From positions 1-60,439 of the forward strand of contig DANL01000060.1 in the NCBI GenBank assembly GCA_002499865.1: 60,439 nucleotides of DNA, read 5' to 3'. The notes under the pieces are model-generated. The model saw only the letters and a program-made list of their open reading frames with translations, had not been told where the DNA came from and did no database searches. This DNA comes from Euryarchaeota archaeon UBA121 (GTDB lineage Archaea; Thermoplasmatota; Poseidoniia; Poseidoniales; Thalassarchaeaceae). Of the stretch, positions 1 to 9,600 are shown one piece after another (position 1 is the stretch's first letter; each line of letters opens with the position of its first letter). Both the position numbers and the translations under genes were made by a program.

Positions 1-18
1 GGGTAGGGAATTTTAGAT

Positions 19-261
19 ATGAATCATAAAGCGGGGACCTATGTTACACCCATGGACTTAACGACACTCGATTACATTAGGATTTCGATTGGTGCGGTAA
101 TACTCCTGTATGTGTCAAATTGCTTGGTCAATCAGAGAGTATGGATTCGTAAGACATTTTCATGGGGTGCAAAGGAGGAGTACCCCAAAATCTTCCAAAT
201 GAATATTATTGGCGGATCATTGATTGGATTATTTTTAACCGTAGGTCCTTTCTTGTTCTGA
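19..261 (+). CDS. hypothetical small membrane protein
   Basis: 80-aa ATG ORF with two hydrophobic segments and no recognisable motif. It sits next to the window edge. Confidence 0.3.
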   Translation: MNHKAGTYVTPMDLTTLDYIRISIGAVILLYVSNCLVNQRVWIRKTFSWGAKEEYPKIFQMNIIGGSLIGLFLTVGPFLF

Positions 262-355
262 AATATTCCGTAGGATATTTTTAACTACTTCCAGCAATAG
301 CCCCATTGCTTAACCCTCATCAAAATCTAGTATTGTTTCCAATTAAGGGAAAGTA

Positions 356-377
356 TTTGAGTCAGTTACGACTCAAA
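356..377. promoter_or_regulatory. perfect 8-bp-arm inverted repeat (TTTGAGTC-agttac-GACTCAAA), 6 nt upstream of the ATG at 383
   Basis: Read directly from the sequence. It could be a dimeric regulator site or a 5' leader hairpin; function unknown. Confidence 0.3.
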
Positions 378-382
378 ATAAT

Positions 383-910
383 ATGACTAGTAAGAAGATT
401 ACAAACAAATCTGGATTAATAAGCCTATTTGGACTATTTATGGGTCAAGGATTCCTGGCCGGCCTAATCTTGATCATACTAGGATTAACAAAAATGATCG
501 ATCCGTTCGTACTAACTTCCTATGAATATGGGCTTGTTATTGAAGGGGTTGCAGTGACCGTCCTCGGTACACTTGGAGGCGTATTCATGCCAATCGTCAT
601 TGGCCTGATCATGAAAGACCCCATTAGATTCATAATCGATGACGACTATATTGAAGCCGTTCAATTCGGAGGCCTAATATTAAAATCTCCCAGCTTTGTA
701 GAAAGGCATTCAAGGGAGGGAGTAACAAGTATCGAGCTGAGCGAAGTAGTGAGAACTAACGATGAAGGTATGGATACTACTACTTACTCTGCTAAACTTA
801 TCGGAAACGACGGAGTAGTTATCGGGACTCTACGGGGCATATCCAGCACAGGGGTTGCCCAGGAGATAGCCGAGACTCTCAAAGTCGAATTGTCTAGGAA
901 TTTTGATTAA
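383..910 (+). CDS. hypothetical membrane protein (N-terminal TM helices plus a soluble C-terminal domain)
   Basis: 175-aa ATG ORF. Hydrophobic stretches LISLFGLFMGQGFLAGLILIILGL and GVAVTVLGTLGGVFMPIVIGLIM. No family motif recognised. Confidence 0.5.
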   Translation: MTSKKITNKSGLISLFGLFMGQGFLAGLILIILGLTKMIDPFVLTSYEYGLVIEGVAVTVLGTLGGVFMPIVIGLIMKDPIRFIIDDDYIEAVQFGGLILKSPSFVERHSREGVTSIELSEVVRTNDEGMDTTTYSAKLIGNDGVVIGTLRGISSTGVAQEIAETLKVELSRNFD

Positions 911-926
911 TTTTTCCAATTTTGTC
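911..926 (+). terminator. oligo-T tract (TTTTTccaaTTTTgt) directly after the stop codon
   Basis: Archaeal termination typically uses oligo-T runs; T5 and T4 runs follow the TAA at 908-910. Confidence 0.25.
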
Positions 927-989
927 ACGTGCCACCTGCACTACAACGATGTGCAATCAAGGGCTATGGAAGAATCATGTTTTCCGTAG

Positions 990-1601
990 TCATATGATTG
1001 CTGATATCTCTTCGACTATATCGAAGTCAGGGTAGTACTTCAGGTTCTGCCACACTATCTGGCCATCTGGCCCGAGTACCTGAAGGGTTGGCGTCCTGGG
1101 ATTTCCGAAGGCTTCGTCTAGTGGGACGGTACTCGGCTTGCCCGTCTCGGCGTTCCATGCTACTGCGGATGAGTAAGGCGTCAATACGGGCCATGGAGAA
1201 TACTGCTCAGACGAGTTGTTCCCGTAAACCTCGAAGAATGACTCTCTGCTTTCGAAACTTGGATATCTCTGGATGGTAATAATGTTCGACTCGTTTGATA
1301 TCGTTCCATTGGCGATGGATTCCCTGATCATCTCGGTCCACTCATGACAGCCCCGACAGCCAGATGCCGCCCATAGGATGAGTGTGTTCTGGCCCGACGA
1401 GTTCTCTAGCACATTGTACTCATCGTACTGGTCAACTTCCCTATCAAGCGTTCTAGCAACGATATTCATCCTGTCCAGTGTGCTTTCGTCGTCTGAATCC
1501 GATACTTCGACATCCGACACGTCAGAAATACACCCAGAAAGCGGCAATAGTATGCAGATCATCAAAATCGGAAGCCACTTCATGGGTGTTTCAGGGTTCA
1601 T
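990..1601 (-). CDS. thioredoxin-fold thiol:disulfide oxidoreductase-like lipoprotein
   Basis: Signal peptide with lipobox-like LLPLSGC. Thioredoxin-type W-x3-CxxC context (LILWAASGCRGCHEW). Confidence 0.6.
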   Translation of the reverse strand: MNPETPMKWLPILMICILLPLSGCISDVSDVEVSDSDDESTLDRMNIVARTLDREVDQYDEYNVLENSSGQNTLILWAASGCRGCHEWTEMIRESIANGTISNESNIITIQRYPSFESRESFFEVYGNNSSEQYSPWPVLTPYSSAVAWNAETGKPSTVPLDEAFGNPRTPTLQVLGPDGQIVWQNLKYYPDFDIVEEISAII

Positions 1602-1795
1602 AGAATCATAAAGAGTTGTTTCTGCTAATGCCGTAATTCATACTGAACGGAAAACTCTCCAAATCTTTCACATGAAAACTAATGATCAGTAACTTCTAGT
1701 TCTTCGAAGACGGCTTATTTCTCACGCAAAATCGTACTACACGATTACGCCAAAATAATACAAGTGTTTATCGTTGAATTTGAATAGCGCTAATC

Positions 1796-2674
1796 ATGCG
1801 AAGAGTCGTTCGAATTGTGCCAACTCACTCTGTTATGGAAGGAGGCGGTTTCAAGGTCCGAAGGCCGTATTCCACTAGCGGAATACTTAGTCCATTTCTG
1901 TTGTTGGATGAGATGGGTCCCAACATTACTGGACCAGGCGAGGCCGTGGGCGCCCCTTGGCATCCGCACAGGGGATTCGAGACGGTTACCTATCTCCTCG
2001 ATGGCCGGATGAAACACGAAGATAGTGCTGGAAATAAAGGGGAGCTCAACCCCGGAGACGTTCAGTGGATGACTGCTGGCAGAGGCATTATCCACTCCGA
2101 GTTGCCACACGATGAATTCCAGAAAACAGGCGGAAGAATCCATGGCTTCCAGATTTGGGTCAATCTCCCAGCCGAGCATAAGATGATGCCACCAAGATAT
2201 CAGGAGATTCCAGCTACCGAGTCTCCAACTATCGAAAAAGACGGAGTTTGGGCGAGAGTCATAGCAGGGGAATGCATGGGGGCCTCCTCATCGATCGACA
2301 CAGTCATACCGATTACACTTATTCACGTAAAGATGAAGGATGGAACCAAGCTCAATCAACAGATAGAAACGCAATTGAACTCGATGATATTTGTTTTTTC
2401 TGGCAAGATCGCCGTCTTCAATGAGGCCAGAGAGAAGAAATATCCACAGGTATTGGGACTTGGCATCAACCAACAGGTAAGCGATGGAGAGCTAGCTCTG
2501 CTGTCAGAAGGCCCCGAGGTAGAGATCCATTCAAAGGGGGATTCCGAATTCCTGATTCTGGCGGGTCCTGAATTGAATGAGCCTATCTCTAGACACGGCC
2601 CATTTGTGATGAATACCAAGGAAGAAATTGAACAGGCATTTAGGGATTACAGAAATGGTACGTTCGCCAACTAG
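1796..2674 (+). CDS. pirin family protein (bicupin)
   Basis: Pirin N-terminal signature: GGGFKVRRP..., PWHPHRGFETVTYLLDG, GDVQWMTAGRGIIHSE. 292 aa is the typical length. Confidence 0.9.
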   Translation: MRRVVRIVPTHSVMEGGGFKVRRPYSTSGILSPFLLLDEMGPNITGPGEAVGAPWHPHRGFETVTYLLDGRMKHEDSAGNKGELNPGDVQWMTAGRGIIHSELPHDEFQKTGGRIHGFQIWVNLPAEHKMMPPRYQEIPATESPTIEKDGVWARVIAGECMGASSSIDTVIPITLIHVKMKDGTKLNQQIETQLNSMIFVFSGKIAVFNEAREKKYPQVLGLGINQQVSDGELALLSEGPEVEIHSKGDSEFLILAGPELNEPISRHGPFVMNTKEEIEQAFRDYRNGTFAN

Positions 2675-4398
2675 TCCTCACTGAAGTCCTCTTCAGAACT
2701 CTTTCTGACTAGCCACAATCCGATGATTAACACGGTTACAGCCAAGGCAACGAGTATGGAAACCATCGGTAATCCTCCCTCTTCCACGCTTTCGACCCAT
2801 GACACAGTTTCAGAGGAAAAAGTACCTCCTCCGAATGAATCATCCGATACCAGTTGCGTCGGCGTCAGGATCTCACAATCTAGAGTATAATCTCCAGTCT
2901 CGCCCCCTCTCCAGTCGAATAGCATCTCGCCTGTCTGACCGGCATTCAGCACCAGACCTTGGAATCCACCGATATCGGCATCCAAGCCCGTCTCAACTAC
3001 ATCGCAGGAGATGTAGAAGCTAGCAGGGGCGCTTCCACTGTTCGTGAACGAGGCACGCATTGGCACGGAGCTACCCGCATAGCCCACCGGTTCCGAGACG
3101 CCCTCTTCGAGTACGATCTCCAGATTTGACCACTCTACGTGCGGAGTACTATCGCTTACGTATTGTATGTCATTCCATGAAAGGGGTATGCTGTATCCAC
3201 CGTAGTCGTCAATCCCAGAGCCATCAGGGTTCCAGCCAGTCCTGTATGAGATTATCTCAATCGTTGCAGACTCGCTCCAAATCGTCCCATTCGACCAGCC
3301 AACCTCGACCACTCTCTCTCCGCCTCCATTGACCAAGGCCTCCCCGGAGTCATCGCTGAAAGACTCGAAGGACGTGGATTCAGCAACCCCCATCCCATTG
3401 ACTTTGAAAACCACTCCTTTGGAGTCGAAAACCACCTTCTGATCCACAATCCTCCGTTCCCATCTGTCTGTGAATCCTCCGCTCCCATTGGAATTTTCCC
3501 AGGTTATCTCACTGAATCCTGTTCCTCTGACATCATGGTCATCTAGGCTGTTACTGAATGTTGAGTTAGTTATTCGGACGACAGAACCGTCCCCTAGGGA
3601 TATTATTGGTCCGACTCTATCAAAACTACTATCATTGGAAACAAGGGACCCATTTTCGCCAATGGTTAATTTGGCCCCGGTTAGGTAAGAGCTACTCATA
3701 CTCATGAGTCCGTTTACCACGATTTCAGACCCTCTAGGACCTGCCGCCATCATATTCATTCTATCAAGGTGAACTCCTTCGATTACTATCTCTGAATTGC
3801 CCACCTCAATAATTACCTCTGATACTGAAACCGAGGATTGCCCGTAGCCTATCAAGCCAATCCAAATTTCCTCATCGTCCACATCGCTGAACTCGAATGT
3901 GTGACTGCTTCCGTTTAGTGAGATTGGTTCCGAGTCGCCCACAAACGCTTGGCCTCCGTAGTAGCTGACCCCTCCAACGGAATGCATGGTCATGATGAAA
4001 TCTCCCTCTATGCCATCATTTGGGACTCTGAATGAGGCCCTGCTTTCTTCATCCCAGTAACCATATCCCATCAATCCATTGCCACAAGCCATTCCGTCTG
4101 GGTTCCCAGGCTCATCCCAGATTCCGCATTCGAGCATGGAATTATCCAGATTTAGGATTCCTCCCTCATCAACCGTGATATTACAGGTCAAGTCGACTAA
4201 TGCGTCTCTGATTGTAAGTACCCCTCCATCCATAATCCTGACGTGATCGTAATCACACGTCAACAAGCCCCCATCTGCCTCCCAAGTTACACTTGTGTCG
4301 ATGGTGGTTTCATTCTCCTGTGCGGTTGCAAATCCACTCACTACTACTAAGGACATCAACATAATCAATGCCTGAAGGACTGCTAATCTCTTGCTCAT
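2671..4398 (-). CDS. secreted acidic surface protein with a C-terminal TM anchor (function unknown)
   Basis: ATG at 4398 gives signal peptide MSKRLAVLQALIMLMSLVVVSGFATAQ (the track's TTG start at 4422 is less likely). C-terminal TM LPMVSILVALAVTVLIIGLWLV plus a charged tail. At least 8 N-X-S/T sequons. Confidence 0.7.
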   Translation of the reverse strand: MSKRLAVLQALIMLMSLVVVSGFATAQENETTIDTSVTWEADGGLLTCDYDHVRIMDGGVLTIRDALVDLTCNITVDEGGILNLDNSMLECGIWDEPGNPDGMACGNGLMGYGYWDEESRASFRVPNDGIEGDFIMTMHSVGGVSYYGGQAFVGDSEPISLNGSSHTFEFSDVDDEEIWIGLIGYGQSSVSVSEVIIEVGNSEIVIEGVHLDRMNMMAAGPRGSEIVVNGLMSMSSSYLTGAKLTIGENGSLVSNDSSFDRVGPIISLGDGSVVRITNSTFSNSLDDHDVRGTGFSEITWENSNGSGGFTDRWERRIVDQKVVFDSKGVVFKVNGMGVAESTSFESFSDDSGEALVNGGGERVVEVGWSNGTIWSESATIEIISYRTGWNPDGSGIDDYGGYSIPLSWNDIQYVSDSTPHVEWSNLEIVLEEGVSEPVGYAGSSVPMRASFTNSGSAPASFYISCDVVETGLDADIGGFQGLVLNAGQTGEMLFDWRGGETGDYTLDCEILTPTQLVSDDSFGGGTFSSETVSWVESVEEGGLPMVSILVALAVTVLIIGLWLVRKSSEEDFSED

Positions 4399-4508
4399 AG
4401 CTCTAGGGACGGTAGTTGGCAAATCAATGATTTCCCTGCTGAAGTCGGTATTGGGTCAAATACGACGGTTACCAAATCACTCATACACCGGCCACTACTG
4501 GGCAGGAC

Positions 4509-5198
4509 GTGGAAACCGTACAGACGCTTTCTGAGTCATTCAATGACTCATCATGGGGCTTCGCACTGAACATAGTCACTGTTCTGCTAATGTACGGCCC
4601 CTTCTACCTGGCCAACACTGGTGCAATGCTTTTCGGTAAGTGGATTCCAGATAAGTTCGGCTTCGATAGTATCGTAATAGATCAAGGAAGGACTCTGGGC
4701 GATGGATTCAGGGCCCTAGGGGACGGAAAGACGTGGAATGGATTCTTTGGAGGGGCTTTCTTTAGCGGTACCCTGACTCTTCTGACACACCATCTGTGGG
4801 GAGGGAGAAACGATGCTGAATCCAGACCTTTCATTGATCCGACCCTCTGGGCGACGTCCGATGACTGGTTTTGGATAGGTGGAGAATGGGGCGCGGCCTT
4901 TACCATGGGATTTGTACTCGGGATGGCCTGTATGGCTGGCGATTTGGTTGGATCCTACTTCAAGAGGAGGAAGGGCCACAAAAGAGAGGGCAATGAAAGC
5001 TCACAGGCACCTATCCTGGATACTCTGACTTTCGCAGTTGCCATATTTATCACCGCTTTCCTGCTTTTCAAAGGACAAATCATCACCAGTCCGGATTTAG
5101 TGGATGAGATAATTGTACTACTGATCTTGACCCCAGTAATTCACAGAGCGACTAATATTCTTGGATTCAAGCTTGGATTGAAGTCAGTTCCATACTGA
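4509..5198 (+). CDS. carS: CDP-archaeol synthase (CDP-2,3-bis-O-geranylgeranyl-sn-glycerol synthase)
   Basis: Matches the remembered CarS/DUF46 pattern: LGDGKTWNGFFGG, GDLVGSYFKRRKG, and the C-terminal TPVIHRATNILGFKLGLKSVPY. GTG start. Confidence 0.8.
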   Translation: METVQTLSESFNDSSWGFALNIVTVLLMYGPFYLANTGAMLFGKWIPDKFGFDSIVIDQGRTLGDGFRALGDGKTWNGFFGGAFFSGTLTLLTHHLWGGRNDAESRPFIDPTLWATSDDWFWIGGEWGAAFTMGFVLGMACMAGDLVGSYFKRRKGHKREGNESSQAPILDTLTFAVAIFITAFLLFKGQIITSPDLVDEIIVLLILTPVIHRATNILGFKLGLKSVPY

Positions 5199-5254
5199 AA
5201 ACAGCTGAACAGTAGAGTTATGCCCCGCGTGCCATGCGACCAATCATGACAGCC

Positions 5255-6523
5255 ATGTCAGTGCTGATTATCGGCTCTGGAGGAAGGGAGCATGCCTTGG
5301 CAATAGGCCTATCTCAGAGTCCCTCGGTCGGTTCAATTCACACGGCTCCAGGGAACGCAGGAACGGCCACTCTCGGAAAGAATCACCAGATTGATGTCAT
5401 GGATATCGAGGGTTTGGTCTCTCTGGCACAGGAAATATCTGCAGACTTGGTCGTTGTAGGGCCTGAAGGCCCCCTAGTAGCAGGAATTTCCGACAGGTTG
5501 AGGGAAATCGGGATTCCTAGCTTCGGGCCAGGCTCAAAGGGGGCTATGTTGGAAGGATCAAAGATCCATGCTAAGGATCTGATGGCGAAATTAGATATTC
5601 CCACCGCTGATTCTGTCAGATTAGAAAAATATTCAGATATCGAAGTTTTTCTACATGGTAATCCTCCCCCATGGGTCATCAAAAGAGACGTCCTTGCAGG
5701 GGGAAAGGGGGTTGTGGTCACGTCTGACATTGACGACGCATCGAAATTTATTTCTGATTCCATAGAGGGAGATGGGTTTGTCATAGCAGAGGAATTTCTA
5801 CAGGGGGAGGAAGCATCCTTATTGGTGCTAATGGATGAATCAGGTTATGTTTGCTTGCCTCCAAGCCAAGACCACAAGAGAGCCCTGGATGGAGATAAGG
5901 GGCCCAACACAGGAGGAATGGGCGCCTATGCCCCCGCTCCCATAGTCACTTCGTCAGTGCTTAGGAGGGCAGTAGACGAGATTGTTGAACCAATGCACCA
6001 TTACCTGAGAAACCAAGAAGACCCTTATCGAGGAGTCCTGTATGTCGGCCTAATGATCGATTCTGACGGGGCTCCCCGAGTAGTAGAGTACAATGTTAGA
6101 TTCGGAGACCCAGAAACTCAAGTCACAATTCCCCTGATAGAGGGGGATCTAGGAGAGCTCCTCCTCGCCACAGCAACAGGTAACCTTTCCAGCCTATCTC
6201 CCTCTTTTTCCGATTCACACTCAGCAACTGTTGTTCTGGCCTCGCAAGGATACCCAGAATCAACCGAAACTGGCAGAGAGATTTCTGGAGCGGACTTAGA
6301 GATAAATGAGGGGGTCTTGAGAGGGTATGTTCACTTTGCAGGAGCGTCGATGATCAGTGGCAGATTGATATCCAGCGGGGGCAGGGTGTTGGCGGCCACC
6401 GGAATAGCCCCTGATTTAACTCAGGCATTGGACGTGGCCTACCAAATTATCGACTCAATTTCCCTGGAAGGTTCACATTTTAGGACCGATATTGGACATA
6501 GGGAACTATCCCGTAGAGAGTAG
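5255..6523 (+). CDS. purD: phosphoribosylamine-glycine ligase
   Basis: N-terminus MSVLIIGSGGREHALA, ATP-grasp core, GGMGAY and NVRFGDPE motifs. Alternative upstream ATG at 5234. Confidence 0.95.
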   Translation: MSVLIIGSGGREHALAIGLSQSPSVGSIHTAPGNAGTATLGKNHQIDVMDIEGLVSLAQEISADLVVVGPEGPLVAGISDRLREIGIPSFGPGSKGAMLEGSKIHAKDLMAKLDIPTADSVRLEKYSDIEVFLHGNPPPWVIKRDVLAGGKGVVVTSDIDDASKFISDSIEGDGFVIAEEFLQGEEASLLVLMDESGYVCLPPSQDHKRALDGDKGPNTGGMGAYAPAPIVTSSVLRRAVDEIVEPMHHYLRNQEDPYRGVLYVGLMIDSDGAPRVVEYNVRFGDPETQVTIPLIEGDLGELLLATATGNLSSLSPSFSDSHSATVVLASQGYPESTETGREISGADLEINEGVLRGYVHFAGASMISGRLISSGGRVLAATGIAPDLTQALDVAYQIIDSISLEGSHFRTDIGHRELSRRE

Positions 6524-6614
6524 CTTTTTGATGATATATTTCTCTCTACTCTCTGAGAACGGTTATAACAGAAAGTAAAATCGCGACGTCGCTAGCCTTC
6601 AGGCTAAGCAGACG

Positions 6615-9600
6615 GTGAAACCAATGAACGTAAGAGAAGATGCGAAAGCAGACGGGAACTCCCTGAAGGAACTCGTGCCAGTTTCGGCCATATTGGTCGC
6701 CTTAGTGGCACTTTTCCTAGGGTCGGAGGCTTTAGCAAATGGAACAATGGAGAATGACGGGTACCTGCGAATCCTGACCCTCCCACTGGCGGCCGCACTC
6801 GCGGCGTCTTTCGGAAGGGTCCTTTCTGTTTCAGAACTCGGGATACCAAGCCATTTCAAGACTGGAGCGTTATCGATTCTTTTCATAGCAGTTTCTGCCA
6901 TCCCTGAGCTTGCTCCAGAGTTACTGGAAATTGACACCATCGTTACCTTCACATTCACATCTGTCGGAATAGCCACAATGATGCTGGTTAATTCAAACAG
7001 GAGGGAGGAGGCTAACTTACTACTAGTGGCAGTGGTGGGATTCTTCCTATCTGCATCCTTGGCCGCATCTACAGGTTTCGGATCAGAATCATGGGCCGGG
7101 ACAGATGAGGAAATGATTGACGCAGTCAGATCTTCCATGGCTTCAATTTTATTTGCATTCTGGGCTTCATCAATATCCCTCGGCTTGATGGTCGTACTCG
7201 GTATGAGGGGGACATTAGACACGGCTGGAGATGGGAAGCTATTCTCCGGAATCCCCTCATTCGACATTCAAAGTGACTCATCGAGAAAGATGATGTCAGT
7301 TTTGGCACTCGTATTTACGGTCCAGTTTATTCCGCTTGTATGGCTATGCTCTATATCCGGAGACACCATTGTAGTAGATGGAGAGGTCGTCTCAAATGCT
7401 CTGTTAAAGTACTCCGAACACCAATATCTAGGCTCGGTATGGGCCCTAATGACGGCCTTGGTGATATTCGTATGGGCGTTCTTCCGATCTGAGAGATGGC
7501 AGGTTATGGCCGCTTTGGTAGCCGTAAACTGGATTCTTTATTCAGCGGCAAGATTAGTCGAAATCGGTAATCCACTGGGCATTGAAGTACTTCCGGCAAG
7601 CTCCGGAGACAGTACTTCCGCGGCTGCTTGGTTCTTCCTGATCTTCTGGTCTAATGTTGCGGCCTACATCCTTTCAATCAGAGGATACTTCGGAGATACG
7701 GCTCCAGTTAGGGAGCATAGCGCTATGAGGGCATGGTGGAATGCTAACTACTACGGAATAATGATCTCTCTGGCTTTGTTTGTCTCTCTAGCAATCAGGA
7801 CCGGTTGGAACGTACTTCCAGCAATGAACGCCACAGGGACTCAGTTGTGGGACATGACTGGAGGTTCTGATCCATGGTACATGAAGAGGGTAATCGATTA
7901 TGTCGTAGCTGAGAGGAGCCACTTCATCTTCGACTCCGATCGCTCATACCCCATGGGTGTGATCAATCCTAGGCCACCACTTTTCTCGTGGTCCCTTGCT
8001 CTTGGTGGACTGGGCCTTAACTGGCTCACAGGATCGTCTCAGGACCAGATGGTCTGGTGGAGCGTATCTGCCATGCCAGCAATTTACGGCGCCCTAATCG
8101 TACTTCCACTGGCTGGAATTGCAAGGAGGGTACACAGTGATCTCGCTGGAGTAGTCACCGCGTGGCTTATCGCCCTAATGCCAGGTCACATCGGCCACTC
8201 CACATTCGCATTAGCTGATCACGACTCTTTCGCACTGCTGTTCATCTCGATGGCGTTCTACTTCTGGGTAAGGGCCGTCGAGGGAATAAGAGATGAAAGA
8301 CTATTCAACGAGACCAGTAGAAATCCATTGTACCTGATAGCTGGAATAAGGGAGATGTGGATGAGGAATCCAATGGTGATGTCCTGTGCCACATTATCTG
8401 GTATTTCCTTCGCTACCGTAGCATTGGGGTGGAAGGGATTCGTGTATGGTCCAGGAATCTTATTCCTAGCTTTCTCCGTACAAGCATTCCTCAATCTCTT
8501 CAGAGGCAGGGATAGCCTTCCAATCACGGCGGCAGCATTGCAGATGCTTCTCACTGCATTCGTGATTCCGTTGCCTTTCTACATGTGGCCTGGATTGGAT
8601 CTTCTTTTCGACCCCAGCGGTTTCCAACCAATGTTCTACATCATCGGATTCACATTTGCTTTGGGTTGGGTGACCTGTTCATTCAGGGACAAGCCATGGC
8701 TTCTCGTAGTTGGCAGCGGAACTGCTCTCTTCGGTGCTATCCTGCTCTCACTTTACGTCTTACAGGCACTAAACTATTACAATGGATGGGACATTCTATT
8801 CACAGGAGGATTCTACTTCTCCAAGAATAAAATATTCGGCACCATCGGTGAAGCACAGGCCCCCAGTAGAGGGGTTCTATTCGCTTCTTATGGTCCGGTA
8901 GTTTCCATAATTGCCATTTCCTGTGCAGTATATCTAATCTGGAGAGGAGCTAGAAAGGACCGCCAAAGCCACCTCCTACTAGGATCATGGACAATAGTCG
9001 CTGCTTACATGGCTTGGAGCGCTGGTAGATTCATCTTCAACGCGACGCCTGCAATGGCAGTTGTCGGCGGACTCGGGATTGCAATGCTCTGGAAAGCAGC
9101 AAATCCCGCAGATTTCCTCAAGGAATATCGCAGAGCTGGGATTGGCAACCCCTCCGCTAGGAGGAGATCGACATTCACGGCATCCAGAAGGCATCCTGGA
9201 ATACCTGCTCTGATGATGGTTTTCCTGCTAGTTGCAAGTCAGCACGCAACTTACGGCATAGACTCTGGAATTCCTCGTGGAGAAGAGGCGGCTACCGACG
9301 TCGACCAGGCTATCTACGAAATAGCCCCAGACTTCCTACGTTGGTCCATTGGAGATTTCTCAATACTTCAGGACGAAGAATATGACCCTGACTCAGGGAT
9401 GCTAAGGTACATGGGGACCTTCGGCCCAGGTTTCAATGGAGCAGATTGGAATACGGCGTATCAATGGCTTTCTGAACAGGATACAGAAGTCGGCTTCAGT
9501 GAGAGGCCTGCCTTTGTCTCATGGTGGGACTATGGTTTCCAGGCTCTCACACAGGGACAGCACCCAACTGTCGCTGATAACTTCCAGTCGGGAATTCCCC

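Noticed and set aside
6529-6556. C-box-like TGATGA (6529-6534) followed by CTGA (6553-6556), a candidate C/D box sRNA downstream of purD
   Set aside because: The spacing is 18 nt rather than about 12. There is no second C'/D pair or terminal stem in the remaining intergenic sequence, so the elements are most likely there by chance.
6583-6606. Palindromes just upstream of start codons: GCGACGTCGC plus TAGCCT-tc-AGGCTA before aglB, GGTTCC-gaa-GGAACC at 52147-52161 before the S8 giant, GTCTCGAGAC at 58230-58239 before the permease, and TGTGG-cagtt-CCACA at 16155-16169
   Set aside because: Arms are only 5-6 bp. Allowing spacers of 0-6 nt, I estimate about seven such palindromes by chance within 30 nt upstream of about 35 genes. 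The apparent pattern is therefore not statistically compelling, and the sequences share no common half-site.
6599-7267. 222-aa minus-strand ORF overlapping the start of the AglB giant, plus the 81-aa ORF at 6604-6849
   Set aside because: It is antisense to a 3174-codon ORF whose N-terminus is coherently hydrophobic. The antisense translation is low-complexity (Ser/Ala/Pro-rich) with no motif, so it is a typical shadow ORF.
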